Made by a program: the position numbers and the translations under genes | Notes under the pieces: generated by a model | What the model saw: only the letters and a program-made list of their open reading frames with translations | Told to the model about the DNA's origin: nothing | Database searches by the model: none | Shown here: positions 13,864 through 28,589 of the stretch, one piece after another | Numbering within the stretch: the stretch's first letter is position 1 | Layout of the letters: the number at the start of each line of letters is the position of its first letter | NCBI GenBank assembly: GCA_951406725.2 | Contig: OX597834.1 | Span: 44,392,001 to 44,456,000, forward strand | Length of the DNA: 64,000 bases | Direction of reading: 5' to 3' | Source of the DNA: Octopus vulgaris | Taxonomy: Eukaryota

Positions 13864-14249
13864 TATTTATATATGTGCGTGTGTGCGTGCGTATATATAT
13901 ATATATACATATGTCTGTGTGTTTGCATGTATATATATAGACGCATACACGCATATCTATGCATCAAAATTTATGTATGTACATATAAATCAATCAATCT
14001 ATCTCCATGTATGTATGTATGTATCTATATATGTATATATGTATGTATGTATCTATCTATATATCTATAGCTTCATATATACACACACACACATATACGA
14101 ATACATACACGCGCATGTATACGTCCACACATATATATGTAGATATATATTATATGTATGCAGAATTGTGAAGTGCTTATGTGTGTTTTATGCATCCGTT
14201 TGTCTCGTGAGACCATGAATCTGCACCTGTGAGTTCTTAATCTATATCA

Positions 14250-14301
<52 letters not shown>

Positions 14302-14334
14302 GAATATATACATCATATTGATAAACGTATGGGT

Positions 14335-14391
<57 letters not shown>

Positions 14392-14444
14392 TATATATAT
14401 ATGTGACTCAGTGCGTGTGTGTCTGTGTGTGTTTGTCTGTGTGT

Positions 14445-14515
<71 letters not shown>

Positions 14516-14710
14516 TCTGTGTGTCTGTTTGTCACCTCAGCAGACTGATTTAAGTCTTGTATCTTCTGAATGATTCAGTATCTTCTTTAGATAGAATAGA
14601 ATTGCATATCCTTGTCTCGTATGTTTCTATTCACCATTTACCTCGGACTTGTACAGAAGCCTTGCAAATTATTATCTTCCCTCAATAAACTTCTCTGTCT
14701 GTTTCCATCA

Positions 14711-14746
<36 letters not shown>

Positions 14747-14967
14747 GTTGTTGTTATCTTTTACCCGTTTCGGTCATTCTGACAGCAGTGATTATGGACT
14801 ATAACTTGGAAGGGTTTTAGTCAAACAAATCGGATGTTTGTTTTCACCGTTGAGTGATTATAATTATTTCGTTTTCCCTCTCTTGCAGATCTCTACACCA
14901 CGTTCTTGTTATATTGTCTCCCATTATATTTTCTATAGCTATGCTGTCGTATGTTTTGTTATTCAAC

Positions 14968-15007
14968 GGGACTGATGAAGGGCAATTACGCTGAAATACC
15001 TGACCTA
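14968..15007 (+). ncRNA. degenerate hammerhead-like motif in a probable Penelope-type terminal fragment
   Basis: ggga-CTGATGA-agggcaattacgct-GAAA-tacctgacc; both core boxes present, stems imperfect. Confidence 0.35.
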
Positions 15008-16032
15008 TTGTAAAGACTGCATAGTCTATATGTGTGGTGTATCTCATGTTTCGCAGCTAAAACTGTAACAGTTAGCAAAGAAGAGGCAGTTTAAGTGGCA
15101 GAGCCATAAATCAAGCTCTCTTTGAAGAACCTACCTCTAAAAGTTAGTAACCGTCCAAAGTTAGAAAGAAAATTGATAGCTATTTATTTTAAGACTAATT
15201 CACCCAAATTCAAATTCCGCCGGGTTGTTTAGCCTTCGTTTCGACTTGGAAACGAAGTCATCAGGATAGTCTCCGAGAATGATAAACGCCCGGCGTTTGC
15301 CAATCGTATCATCTCTCTTCTAAGCGTATTTTTTTATTATATTAACCTAACAGTTTATGTTTACAGATGTCTGTAGTCTGGGACACATGAATATTAAAAT
15401 AGCTTATTTTTAAGTTAGAATTGTAAGATCCCAGAGAGGTTCCCTTGTTCTTTCTAGAGCAACAGGAGTTATTATTACTGCGCTGAGGCTTTAACTTGTA
15501 GCATATTCCAGAAAACATTCTCAAACGAAATATATGAAACTTAAACAACGGAGCATTTCAAATTAACCCCTGGCAATCTATATCATTTACACTTTGATAG
15601 ATCGCTTTTCATTGTAGCCCCTTATAACATTAAAAAAAATATATGTTTAAACCAAAACCCCGATCACATTCGAATATTTAATGAATTAAATATTCGAATG
15701 CAATCTATTTGCCATATCCTGTTCTGTGAAATTCTTTATTTCCTATTCTTCAGCCATGTAGAATTGATTAGAAATGGTACGAGATATTACTTCTCATTAT
15801 TTGCCCCCACTTTCTCTCTCCCCCTCTCCCTCTCCCTCTCCTTCTTTCTGCTTGTGTATCCTTCAGTGCCTGAGTATGTATGCGATTTGCGAGTGTTTAA
15901 TCATGTAATAGGCTACAATGCCATGCTTGAATTAAAGTTCAAAGTCAGAATAGAATTAAATTGATTTTCTCTTCTTTTAAAATTCTTTTCTCAATCATGG
16001 CGCTTAACATCAATGGCTCTAAATCCAACATG

Positions 16033-16079
<47 letters not shown>

Positions 16080-16160
16080 ATGCATGCATGCGTATGTACG
16101 TACTTATATATGTATATGTACACGTGTATAGATATATGCATGTATATACATACGAATATG

Positions 16161-16197
<37 letters not shown>

Positions 16198-16278
16198 AAT
16201 ATATTAATGGATAAATAGATAGACAGAGATATGCAAATATATACAGGCACACACACATATACATACACACATATACAT

Positions 16279-16317
<39 letters not shown>

Positions 16318-17192
16318 TGTGTGCATCAGATAGTTTATATAAATGGGTGAAATTGAACTCAATACGTACATGATAGTACTTGCAAAATTTTTGACCAAGG
16401 AAAATATCAGTGATTCAAAGTCTCTGTTCTAGTTTCTCTGCTTTAAAGAAAATATGTGTGTTTGTGTGTGTGTACGTTTGTTTGTATGTGTGCATGTTTG
16501 TGTGAGTATGGGTGCGTGCGTATGTGCGTGTCGAATTAATATACATTTTCAAAAATTGCAAACCTGAATTTTAAATTATAATGGTTCTCAAACAAGAAAT
16601 CTATTAATCTATGTTTATATACGGAATAAAATCCCTTGACAATAGGTACTAACTCCTAAAACTGATTGGCTCGTGCAACGGAGCTCTATAAAGCTGTGCA
16701 TCTTTGATTTGTTAAGCGTTATAAGCGAATGGAAAAATATTCCTCTGTATAAAGAAAATAAATAGAAAATATGATGTTGACACCTTCCAAAGAGGAAATG
16801 TCCGATTTCTTTGGAGCGTTTAGAAGCATTATACGAGGATGGTTGAAGTTCAGCCATTGGCTGTTTTATAATATTCCAGAAAACATTTAGATTTTGTAAT
16901 CGCAAGAATATTTCAAAAACATACAAGATGAAAAAGGCAGAACAGAATAGAAAACTGCAAAAATATATGAAAGCAATAAATAAAAAGCCTTCGCCCGACT
17001 GTAGCAAGTGGAAGTAATTTTCCATCGTCTTGTAAAGAGAAGGTGATGGATCCTGAACAAAATTTGCAAAATAACAAAGGAAAGAGAATTAGAGGAAAGT
17101 TTATCTCCAAAACCTAACAAAAATAGCGAGAGAAGAAGGGGAGTTTTCGCGTCGGGACAAATGTAAGGGTTATATCTTCATATATTGGACTC

Positions 17193-17572
17193 AAAACATG
17201 GTTCTGGGTTCAGTACCACTGCGTAGCACCGTGGGCAAGTGTCTTCTACTGTAGCCTCGGGCCGACCAAAGCATTGTTAGTGGATTTGGTAGATGGAAAC
17301 TAAAAGAAGTCCGTCGTATATATGTCTATATATATACATATGTATGCGTGTGTATATGTTTGTGTGTCTGTGTTTGTCCCCCAACATCGCTTCACAACCG
17401 ATTCTGGTGTGTTTACGTCCCCGTGAGCTAGCGGTTCGGCAAAAGAGATCGATGGAATAAGTACTAGGCTTACAAAGAATAAGTCCTGGGGTCGATTTGC
17501 TCGACTAAAGGCGGTGCTCCAGCATGGCCGCAGTAAAATGACTGAAACAAGTAAAAGAGAGAGTAAAGAATA
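17193..17572 (+). mobile_element. CORE-like (OR-type) SINE, near full length
   Basis: gggttcagtaccactgcgtagcaccgtgggcaagtgtcttctactgtagcctcgggccgacc ... actgaaacaagtaaaagag. Confidence 0.88.
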
Positions 17573-17984
17573 TACTCATTATCCTCAATATCTTGTTCAC
17601 TGCCCCACCCCCTTCCAATAATCAACATCATCATCTTCATATAAATTGTTAACTCTATTGTCATGGTAGACGGCATTGCTTATGCTGTTATTAATACCAA
17701 GATGTTACATAAATTTGGTTTTTCGATTTGGTTAGCAAGATTCTTTATGTGAATTCGTGTGTTGAAGAATATTTTGTTGTGTCTGGGGAGAGTCATTCTT
17801 ATTTAGTGCCTTATTATTTAACACACTCACCGATTCGATTTCCACTCATTTACTTATTCATTATTCTGAAATTTTCGTTGCATCTTGCAACCTTTTCAAT
17901 AGTCGTTGACTCTGTCAATTATCCGAGTTGCGTTCTTTTTCCTTGTGCGTATATGTGTGGGTCAGTGTGTGTGTGCGCACACAC

Positions 17985-18015
<31 letters not shown>

Positions 18016-18479
18016 TATATATGTATGAATGCATGTATGTGTGTGTTTGCATGTTTGTGTTATATAAAGTCTTTTATGCTACGTACGTTTCAAAATAAAT
18101 TGCGTTTTCCCATTTAGTTTTACATGGTAACAATGAAAGTGAACAGATTCCTCATAGACAATAGAATGAGTTTGGGACAACAATCTCCGAATGTATCTGT
18201 CTTTCCGTTTGACAGTCAATCTTGCTCTATTTGTTCTCTCTCTCTCTCTCTATCTCTCTCACACACACATACACACTGTGCGCACGCATACATACAAGCA
18301 TAAAGTTTGTCTGTACGTTTGTCTGTTTCCTCACAAAAATATGATGTATCCGAATGACTGTGTGTGCACCTCTCTCTCACTCTCTTTCTCTCTTTTACTA
18401 TATCTGTGTGTGCATATACATACATACATGCATATACATATGTGTATATATACACACGTAAGCTACATTCCCTCATTTA

Positions 18480-20200
<1,721 letters not shown>

Positions 20201-20774
20201 AAATATCGATTGAAAGATAGGTACAGAAAGCAACAATACTGAGAGAAAGAGAGAGTGAGAGAGAGAGGGAGAGAGAGAGAGAGACTGATATCGACGGAGA
20301 GAGTAAGAATGAATGTGAGAGATAAATGTAGGAATGTTGCACGGCTTGAATTCATTTTTTAAAAATAAATATTTTGTGGTTTGATCGGCTTTTCATTTAT
20401 TCGCAAGATATCAAATGGACCAACCAAAACCATTCTCCTGCAAATTGCCATAAATATTTACAGCATTTCCCGTTTCTTCATTTCTGATTCAGCATTTATA
20501 TTTCAAGAAGCAGCTTTTATAATTATCTTCACTTTAACAGAAATGAGATTTCTTTGCTTCCGTGAGGTTTCCCGTTTCATGCCTTATTTTCGCTTGGTAA
20601 ATCATTGGTTTCACTTTTATAACATTTACTATTAAAGCGTGACTTATTAATCTGTCCCCTAGTTTTATTCCTTTTTCTGGAGCGCTTTTTGTGGTAGCCC
20701 CTCAAGCCGATAGTATTATTATGCAGTTGTGATGCATACATACATACATGCATATATACATACGTACGGACATA

Positions 20775-21646
20775 CGATGTCGTACAAAAAGTTTCCAGGC
20801 TAGATATCTTTATATATAAAAGTGAAGTTGTGTGAGTGTCTGTCTCCTACGATTTAGATTCCTAACTACTCCCACATTTTGCGATGCAGTGTAACCAAAA
20901 GCGGGTATCTTATAGTCGTGATTCATATCGAGCCCCTCTGCGTATTAGCGCGCGTCTACGATGAGTCTACGATTTTAAAATTAATTTACCATCATTTTTT
21001 TTCCATTTTAATGTATATTTTTTTAATAAAGGGATGTAACTCTCTAAAAATGTCTAGGATGAGTCAATTACCTTAATTTTTTTTCCATTTTTAATGCATT
21101 TTTTGCTATTTTTTGGCTATAACTCTCTAAAAATGCTTTATAGTTATTTCCCTTACAAACCCGAGCAACGCCGGCCGATACTGCTAGTGTTTAATAAAAA
21201 TAACTTATTTACCTAACTTTTAACCTTATTCCCTTCGAAATACTCCCCTTGTGCAGTAATATGTCAGTCGCAGCATTTCTGCCACTTTTGGAATCCGACC
21301 TAGAAGTCGATTTCCATAAACGAGTCGAGGAATTTTTGCAGTTCACTCTGGACCTCGACAACGATGCTAAAATGGCGGCTTTTGAGCTGTATTTTTATCT
21401 TGGGTAAACAGATGGAAATCGGTAGGGGTTAAGTGTGACGAATAGGGTGGACGTGGAAGTAATGACACCTTCTTTTTGACGAGAAACTCATGCGTTAGAA
21501 GAAATCGGTGACAGGGTGCATTGTCAAGATGAAGAACTCAATTCTCCGCGCTCCACAGATCCGGTCGCTATCACCGAATGTCCTCCCCCAAACACTTCAA
21601 AAAATCTCAGTAGAACTCTCGATTGAGGGTCTGGCCCTGGGGGAAA
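20775..21646 (-). mobile_element. mariner (DD34D) transposon 3' relic, interrupted by a Helitron
   Basis: Minus strand translates VLHLDNAPCHRFLLTHEFLVKKKVSLLPRPPYSSHLTPTDFH (D34D) ... AQGEYFEG; TIR-like end TA|cgatgtcgtacaaaaagtttccag at 20773. Confidence 0.8.
20807..21187 (+). mobile_element. non-autonomous Helitron
   Basis: 5' A|TCtttatatataaaa; 3' GC-rich hairpin ccgagcaacgccgg followed by CTAG|T; no TSD, A|T insertion site; internal degenerate direct repeats. Confidence 0.8.
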
Positions 21647-23442
21647 GATAAATGACGAGAGAGAGAAAAGATGGATGGAAAAGAGGTGGCTGAGTAAAAC
21701 GGTCGAAACAGCAGCCAAAGAGTAATCTATAGATACACTATTATACACTATTATTTAATTCAAATTGAAAGACTACTCCAAAGGGCCGTCCTCGTTGCAC
21801 ACAATGGCACCCTCTTTTTTCCTGAGAATTATGTTGAAGGTTCGAATGTCAACAGAATGTTCAACCACTTATAATCCAATGCATACATGTTTCCGTTGGT
21901 GGAGCAACTGACACACTCATTCAGTGAAGCGGATGCGAGGTTCATGTGGCATTGCGTTACATTTGTGAAAAGGACAGCTGAATATGTTTCCGGGCCGCCC
22001 ACCTACACACGCCCACACGCGCACACGCACAGACGCACGCACGCACACATAGACACACCTCACTTGTGCACATAGCACTGTGTTTATTCATAGAAATACA
22101 GAGCAGCATCTACTTGCACTTAAATATGATATTCTTTATGCGAACATGATATAATACACAGCTTGTGCGCCTACACATGCGCTCTCACACACACACTCAC
22201 ACAGACGTATCAATAAATGCACAAACACACATACGTACGCACGAATACAAACATACACAAACACACAAACGCACACACAACATAGAAATCGCATACAATC
22301 ACTCATTCACTAATTTACGAGTTGAAACACACACACACACACACACACACACATAGGTTAATGTAGGAGTAGGGAACGGAGGAGAGAATGCACCTCAGAT
22401 TAAATTAAAATGAGATTAAAATATAGCAATTATAAAATATAGATAGATATCACATATGCATAAATATCCATAAATGTAATGCTTAAGGGACGATAAGAGA
22501 TGCAAAGATAGCAACTATTCATAATTACGATAGCTTTTCATGCAAATGTGCCCTGATCAAATTGCCTCAGCATCAATAGATACAGCGTATGGTCTTAATT
22601 AATGTTTAAAACGAATACATGGATAAATTCAATGGGTTTTATCAAGGGGAAGATCTAATAATAGGATTCTAAGATTTCATAGGTATTAGAATAATAGATG
22701 TGATACTTGATCCTGAAGATTCAACTCTTGGGACAAATAAACAAGTATTTGAGGAATTTACTGTGTAGTCTTATATGAACTGGGTTTCTCCGTATCATAA
22801 GACACTGGTAATGTATGTTCGAGAAGCGGGTTCAATTAGCGATTTTGCCTACTTCCCATGATACGTTATACGTTAACAATATTTTCATTTTCAAGAAAGG
22901 CGTGAGATCCTCAAATGAATTCCTGAAAGCAGTAGAAATAACAAAGCTTTGATAACGAATCTCGCGACACCACGCGCATAATTCTGTTTAGTCTGCAGAC
23001 ATCCTTTAACAACCGAACCAACCTCTTTCACCCTGTATCATCTTAACCCCCACCGACATATGAATATATATATACACGTATACGCACACACTTACAGATG
23101 TACATACATATTTATGTATGTATGCATGTATTTATGTCATTATTCAGTTTTATTTCAAGATTTCTAGCCAATAGAGACAGAGCCGGTTTCTAACCTAGAT
23201 ACAAGGCTTTATTCATTGGAATTTCAACATTAAAAGAAGGGTATGTAGATATGTATGTATGTATGTATGTTTGTTTTGTTTTATGCATGTATTTTCATGC
23301 ATATAGTTTCTTATCTAGACATGATCGTATATATTTATATGTATGTATGTATTATGTATGCATGCATGCATGTGTGCATGTACGTATGTATGTATACAAG
23401 TACGGATGTATGTATGTTTGTATGTATATAAGCATGCATGTT

Positions 23443-23668
23443 TCTCTTTTATTTTTTTACTCTTTTATCTGTTTCAGTCATGTAACTGCGGCCATGCAGG
23501 AGCACCACCTTTAGTCGAACAAACCGACCCCAGAACTTATTCTTTGTAAGCCCAGTTCTTATTTTATAGGTGTCTTTTACCGAACCGCTAATTTACGGGA
23601 ACGTAAACACACCAACATCGGATGGGGTGACAAACACAGACACAGACACACACACACACACACACATA
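23443..23668 (-). mobile_element. CORE-like (OR-type) SINE 3' half
   Basis: tactcttttatctgtttcagtcatgtaactgcggccatgcaggagcaccacctttagtcgaac. Confidence 0.8.
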
Positions 23669-23772
23669 CCAGAGCCAGCACATAAATGCAAAACAAGGTG
23701 GTAAAAATAGTACTCGAATACCAGAGGTAGAGTAATATGCTTTATAAAAACGCAGCAAAAATATCGCAAATG

Positions 23773-23810
23773 CTGTTACTCAGAGTTTCACGTTGCCGTT
23801 CGTCGGACAG
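23773..23810 (-). ncRNA. minimal type I hammerhead ribozyme motif (U4C variant)
   Basis: Minus strand: ctgt-CCGACGA-acg gcaa cgt-GAAA-ctc t gag-TA-acag; stem I ctgt/acag, stem II acg/cgt, near-palindromic stem III, GUA triplet. Confidence 0.6.
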
Positions 23811-24034
23811 TTTATATATTATTAAAGTATATAACTGATGAAGGGGAATGATCTTTATGTTGCCTGCCTCGTTTCTTTGTTTTTTATTGTTCGAAAAAAA
23901 GTTCGTGTTCTATGTTTTTGTTTTTATGTTTTCGTTTCTCATTGTGTCTACGTTTCTTTTATTTGATGTCCTGTACCCATATATGCATGTGTATATACAT
24001 ATATATGTATGTATGTACATATATGTATATATGC

Positions 24035-24065
<31 letters not shown>

Positions 24066-24296
24066 ATAAAAGGAATTCCAACCTTGTCTGATTTTCACGT
24101 TTTATTTACAGTCTTATAATGATATAATATAAGATAATTTAATATAATAGAATAAAATAAAATAGTAGAATGTTAAATGTTCATTTTGATTGAACTAGTA
24201 TTTCATGCATTAAATTATGCAATCTTCAGGTTCATGTAGTAGTGGTGACAATCATGCTTCACAATTTTTGACTATATATATATATAAATATGTATG

Positions 24297-24330
<34 letters not shown>

Positions 24331-24348
<18 letters not shown>

Positions 24349-24478
24349 CGTGTGTGTGACGGTTTACTTTCAGTTTTCCGTCAACCAAATCTACTCACAA
24401 GGCTTTGTTCGTCCCGAGGCTATAGTAGAAGATACTTTCCCAAGGTGCCAAATAAGCTCCTTACCACACAGCCACGTC
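24331..24478 (-). mobile_element. CORE-like (OR-type) SINE 5' fragment
   Basis: ctttcagttttccgtcaaccaaatctactcacaaggctttg...ccgaggctatagtagaagatactttcccaaggtgcc. Confidence 0.75.
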
Positions 24479-25404
24479 TGCAAACACACATAATTATATA
24501 TAGACACCGAATTATTAGATACGTATACGCTAAGTATTGCACCCTTGTTTCAGTCACAGCTGGGCCGAGATATCTGTGTTTCTCTCAGAGCTTGAAATCT
24601 GGAGTGAGGCACTGAACAACTTAGATCGAGTTAAGCTGGATTTTAACTTTGATAGGACGAGTAAGACTTCGAGAAAAACCATAAATTATTGAAGGGTGAC
24701 ACAGCATAAAAGACACCATTTAATGTAAAACGAATATCAACGTTAACCTTTAAACTTTGATGAGCATAGTGGCAATGATAGTGAATTAGCTGAGAAGGCA
24801 GATGTTTCCACTGAATGTAAACTGTTCTGTTTTGCTGTTCCTATATTAATAAAGCTGTCAACTGAAGATGAATTAGTTTTATTACATTTGTAATATAGTT
24901 AGTTTCTGTTGGTTTGGCCTCTCAATTAACGTATCGCACTTGTAACGTCGTGTGTTCATCAGTTGTCATTGACTTTGCTTTAGCAATTACGATTAAGGCT
25001 CGTATCTATGAGGATTTTCAGCTTTGGTGGAATTCGAATACGTAAATAAATATTGCACAGCACTTTTTTTTTTTGCCCGCTGTTTGTTGGTTTGTTCCGC
25101 TTCATTACCCTTCATGATAGTCACGTTTCAACATTGGGCGTTGGTGAGCAGTTTCATGGATGAAACAGAGATTGCATATTTGACAAACAAAGGTACAATG
25201 ACGTATAACTTGGAATTTTAGAGTAAGATTTTTTTTTTCATACGTAATTAAATGGTTGTAGGTAAGGTCATACGGCGAAGAGGTTTGATTCCAAACGATG
25301 TGGTCCCGAGTTCGATAGCATTACATGAAATGATGGATTACTGACGATCTAAAAAAATTGTGAGTGAAGTCCGGATATCGAAGACACCGCGAAAGATAGT
25401 CAGA

Positions 25405-25975
25405 TATGAGAGTGTGTATGTACGTGCGTGTGAGATAGAGAGAAAGGGAATGTGTGAGAGAGTGTGTATGTGTGTGTAAGAGAGAGAATGTGTGAGAGAG
25501 AGAAAGTGTATGTGAGAGAATAAGTGAGTGTGTATGACAAAGAGTGTGAGTGTATGTGCGTGAGAGAGAGAGAGAGACAGAAAGAGAGTGTGCGAGAAAG
25601 AGACAAAGAACAAGTGTGCGTGAGAGAGAGGTTGAGTTTGAGCGACAGAGTCTGTGTGTGAGAGCGTGTGCGTATGACAAAGAGAAAGAGAGAGAGGGAG
25701 AGAGAGAGTGTGTGTGTGTGAGAGAGACAGTGAGAGGGAGAGAGAGGGAGAAAGAGTGTGTTTGTGTGTGTGAGTGACAGAGTCTGTGTGAGAGTGTATG
25801 TGTATGACAGAGAGAAAGAGAAACAGAGAGGGAGTGAGAGAGTGTGCAGATGAGAGCACGCAAAAGATTGTGTGGGAGAGAGTAAGTGGGTAAGTGTGGG
25901 AGAGAGACAGTGAGGGAAAGAGTGTGTGTGTGTGTGTGTGTGTGTTTGTGTGTGTGCATGTGTGCGTGTGTGTGC
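25405..25975. repeat. degenerate (GA)n/(GT)n low-complexity tract
   Basis: Seen directly; source of the 194-238 aa His/Thr/Leu/Ser pseudo-ORFs. Confidence 0.9.
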
Positions 25976-26337
25976 TTGCAACATAATCTCTGTAGACTAG
26001 AAACCCCTCAACAAGTATGAACTTACCAGAATTAGAATCCCGCTGAAGAGGCAATTAGACAATATCTCTTTACAGTATATATACAAGAACCCTTGAACAC
26101 CTGAGCAATTTTAACCCTACGAGAACCAGAATTTCAATGGAAAACAAATTAGAACCACGAAATAATAAAGAAAAAGCTACAGAAGTTTCCCAGTTGAAGA
26201 GAACAGCAAACAAATACACCGATAACCAGGTGTCGGGTGGATATTATTATAGTTACTATACCCAGGCAGCTCCATCGGTTCGATGGTGTCACAAGTGTAT
26301 ACAATGAATACAATAAAAACGTCTATGATATAAGTGT

Positions 26338-26470
26338 AGGAAGAGAATGGGTGTGTGTTACGTAGCTTGCTTACCAAGCACATGGTCCTAGGTCCAGTCC
26401 CAATGCGCGGCACCTTGGGCAACTGTCTTCTACTATAGCCTAGGTCCGACCAAAGCCTTGTGAGTGGATG
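26338..26470 (+). mobile_element. CORE-like (OR-type) SINE 5' fragment
   Basis: caccttgggcaactgtcttctactatagcctaggtccgaccaaagccttgtgagtgga. Confidence 0.75.
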
Positions 26471-27144
26471 TTGTGATCAAGGTGTATATTAATCAATATT
26501 TATTCTCTTACACTTAATGACTTTACTCATTGCTCAATGGAGAGGCTTGTCTATCGCTGAACATTTAACTCCAGTACTTCACTGAGGTACATATTTGTTG
26601 CGCTCTACTTGCTGAACCGCTAAGTTACGGAATATTAGTTGATTCAATATAACGACTATGAAATCATTGATACGAACGGGCATCAGCTAAGACACACACA
26701 CACACATACGCAGTTCAAATAGGATTCGCGATTTGTGATTTTGAAGTTAGTGTAACTTGGTACTAAGTTTATTGGTGTTTATTATCAAGTCAGCCTTGAT
26801 TGAGAATCTGTATGATCAAAGACATTCCAATAGGAAACATATTGTGAAACAAGCTTGGTAATCGGTAATAAATAACATAATTAATACGTAATTATACATT
26901 TATACAATTCATGTGTCACCAAAGGGTATATTTTGGACTGCACATTGACAGGAATCTGTGGTAGTAGTAACGAAAAGGGACAAATCATGTATGGATTCAG
27001 AAAAACAAAACAAAATTGACCATGGTTTTCACACAATTCAAAACTCACAGCTTGCAAAATACATGTATCGAAGCATGCTTCCTCTTTTATAAACAAAGTT
27101 ACTGGCTCAGAAAACAGATTATAAATCTTATTTTTAGGCGAATC

Positions 27145-27428
27145 TGGTCTATTGGGGGTCATCTTTACTTTGTTATCTCCCCTACTTCTTCGCTCTCCTG
27201 TGTGACCCCTCAGTCCAGCAGTCACCATGATAGATCGTTAGCCACTACACACATTTTTTCTCTCCATGTTTCTCTCCTTGTTTTTTTTTTCTGTATCCCT
27301 TTCTGTAGAAGAGCGTAGGCTCGAAACGTAAAATACTTTTTCTATTCCTGAGCGTTATACTAATACATCTGATTGTTTTCTACACCACCTATCTTCGTCT
27401 TTTGTTTTGTTTCGTAAACTCTCCCTAT
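27145..27428 (+). mobile_element. probable Penelope-type terminal (pLTR-like) fragment with degenerate hammerhead motif
   Basis: At 27300-27333: ttt-CTGTAGA-a-gagc gtag gctc-GAAA-CGTA-aaa (one core mismatch, perfect stem II, palindromic ACGT). Confidence 0.5.
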
Positions 27429-28589
27429 ATATACATATATATATATATGCATATGTGCATATATATATATATATATACGTGTATACACATAGATGTACAT
27501 ATTTATGTACGCACTGACGAAAATACATAGTCGTACAAACCTACGTACACATACATACATGCATACATACATACATACATACATACATACATACATACAT
27601 ACATACATACATACATACATACATACATACATACATACATACGTACACACATATACACACACATATTATTTCATAGGAATTGTTTAGTTGAAGCTGCTGC
27701 CTGTAATTATTGTAGGAAATTAGACGACCTACATCCAATCACGTTTTAAACGTTTGTGAATCTTTCTAGCGGCTGATAAAAGATTCATTTCCTGTGCAGC
27801 CTGGAATTAAATACTGCAATTGTTTGTTGTTTTAATATTATGTTACAAGAAGATTCACCATCGTGCAGCGTATTGATACAAAGTTAAAATAAGGTGATAA
27901 CACTGTTGTACAATCGTGTCTATGTCCCAACGGTTTAAAAACAATACAGATGGGCGTTTAGCAGACGATATGGTTTCAGTTGACACCTGACTGTCAGTAT
28001 TATTCTTTCGCATGGAAAATCATTCGAAATATATGAAAAGACTTGTCGAATGGAAGGCTAAATGGAAAGGGAAATGTTTTCGTTTGAAATTTCTTATTAT
28101 TTCAACGATGCAGCTGTGACAATCAAAAGAATGTTGAACAGCTGTAATTTGGAAGGACGGGTGATAGGGTGACGGTCGCTGCATTGTGATTGGTGGTGGA
28201 GGGCAATCGGGTTCGTAATCAGTGGTGAAGACGAGCCCTGATACATAAGGTGCTTGGGAGAACGATGGAATAGGCTGTGACTAGGTATGTGTAAGCAGAA
28301 AACTATATGTATGCATGTGTATATATATGTGTATATATATATAAAGTCAAAAAGAGTGAGAAACATGAAAGATGCTGTCCTTGGTTTGACGAAGTCGGTG
28401 CATTAAGCGTAGAGGAAGAAAAATATAGCGAGTGTACGCCATAGTAGTACAAATAAACATGAACTATTACTGGTAAAATAAATAGTGCACAATACGATTG
28501 TAGGGATTGCTATTCTTGCAAGCGACCAAAATCATTGATAATATTAGTTGATAGAAATAAAGAAAGCAATGACTATAATTCAAATTGTA

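Noticed and set aside
15231-15270. Hammerhead on the minus strand (CTGATGActt...aagtcGAAAcg)
   Set aside because: Core boxes are present, but no NUH triplet or stem I follows and the stem II register overlaps the core; too degraded to call.
16660-16700. CCAAT (attgg) plus TATA-like (ctataaag) promoter
   Set aside because: Short motifs expected by chance; no downstream exon or ORF support.
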